Below are positions 5,871-5,997 of a stretch of 5,997 nt of DNA, piece by piece. Both the position numbers and the translations under genes were made by a program. The DNA is taken from UHGV virus genome UHGV-0191189. One strand, written 5' to 3'. Origin of the DNA: a virus. Positions within the stretch are counted from its first letter, which is position 1. Every line of letters begins with the position of its first letter. A model generated the notes under the pieces. It searched no databases, had not been told where the DNA came from, and saw only the letters and a list, made by a program, of their open reading frames with translations.

Positions 5871-5997
5871 ATGACAAAGTACGAAATCGCAGCAGCTATC
5901 GAAAAGATCAGACCGCTAACGAATGCAACGATCATCTACAATGGATTTTCAAAAAAAGAGCTCATAGAATGGCTCGAAGAACTCAAAAAAAGCAGTC
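5871..5997 (+). CDS. Small hypothetical protein spanning the circular junction (5871-5997 + 1-11; 45 aa MTKYEIAAAIEKIRPLTNATIIYNGFSKKELIEWLEELKKSSHDK)
   Basis: Translated by hand; it is absent from the ORF track. It is open to the window end and, if joined to base 1, continues CAT GAC AAA TAA (stop 9-11). It has an A-rich leader (ACAATT-ATG) and is the first ORF after the promoter. Confidence 0.7.
   Translation, partial: MTKYEIAAAIEKIRPLTNATIIYNGFSKKELIEWLEELKKSS

Larger units (their letters stand above)
1..5997 (+). mobile_element. Probably complete circular Microviridae (ssDNA phage) genome, Bacteroidota-infecting / Alpavirinae-like
   Basis: Hallmark trio of major capsid, pilot and HUH Rep genes on one strand in ~6 kb, with no host genes. 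The ORF starting at 5871 reads through the end-to-start junction and stops at TAA 9-11, consistent with circularity. The host is inferred from the promoter consensus and SD-less starts. Confidence 0.93.

Noticed and set aside
215..5935. All minus-strand ORFs, including 4805-5515 (236 aa) and 650-1111
   Set aside because: They lie antisense to well-supported genes and are F/L/S-rich mirror images of the A-rich strand, with no motifs. Microvirus genes are normally all on one strand.

Overview
The window looks like a complete, circular ~6.0 kb ssDNA phage genome of the Microviridae, most likely from the Bacteroidota-infecting, Alpavirinae-like group. All credible genes are on the + strand: major capsid protein VP1 (815-2815), a small ORF (2820-3014), a scaffolding-like VP3 candidate (3070-3405), DNA pilot protein VP2 (probably 3574-4677) and HUH rolling-circle initiator VP4 (probably 4863-5801). 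A Bacteroidota-type promoter (TTTG-19 nt-TATATTTG, 5790-5820) then precedes five overlapping small ORFs, the first of which crosses the 5997/1 junction. Main leads: (i) a 67-aa protein ending in the sliding-clamp motif QLGLF; (ii) a small lipoprotein-like ORF that could act in lysis or superinfection exclusion; (iii) an A-rich, T-poor coding strand together with a nick-site-like hairpin reading on the minus strand, which hints that the packaged strand may be the non-coding one; (iv) two highly structured intergenic regions. Family assignments come from recognised motifs and recalled homologue patterns; no database search was run.
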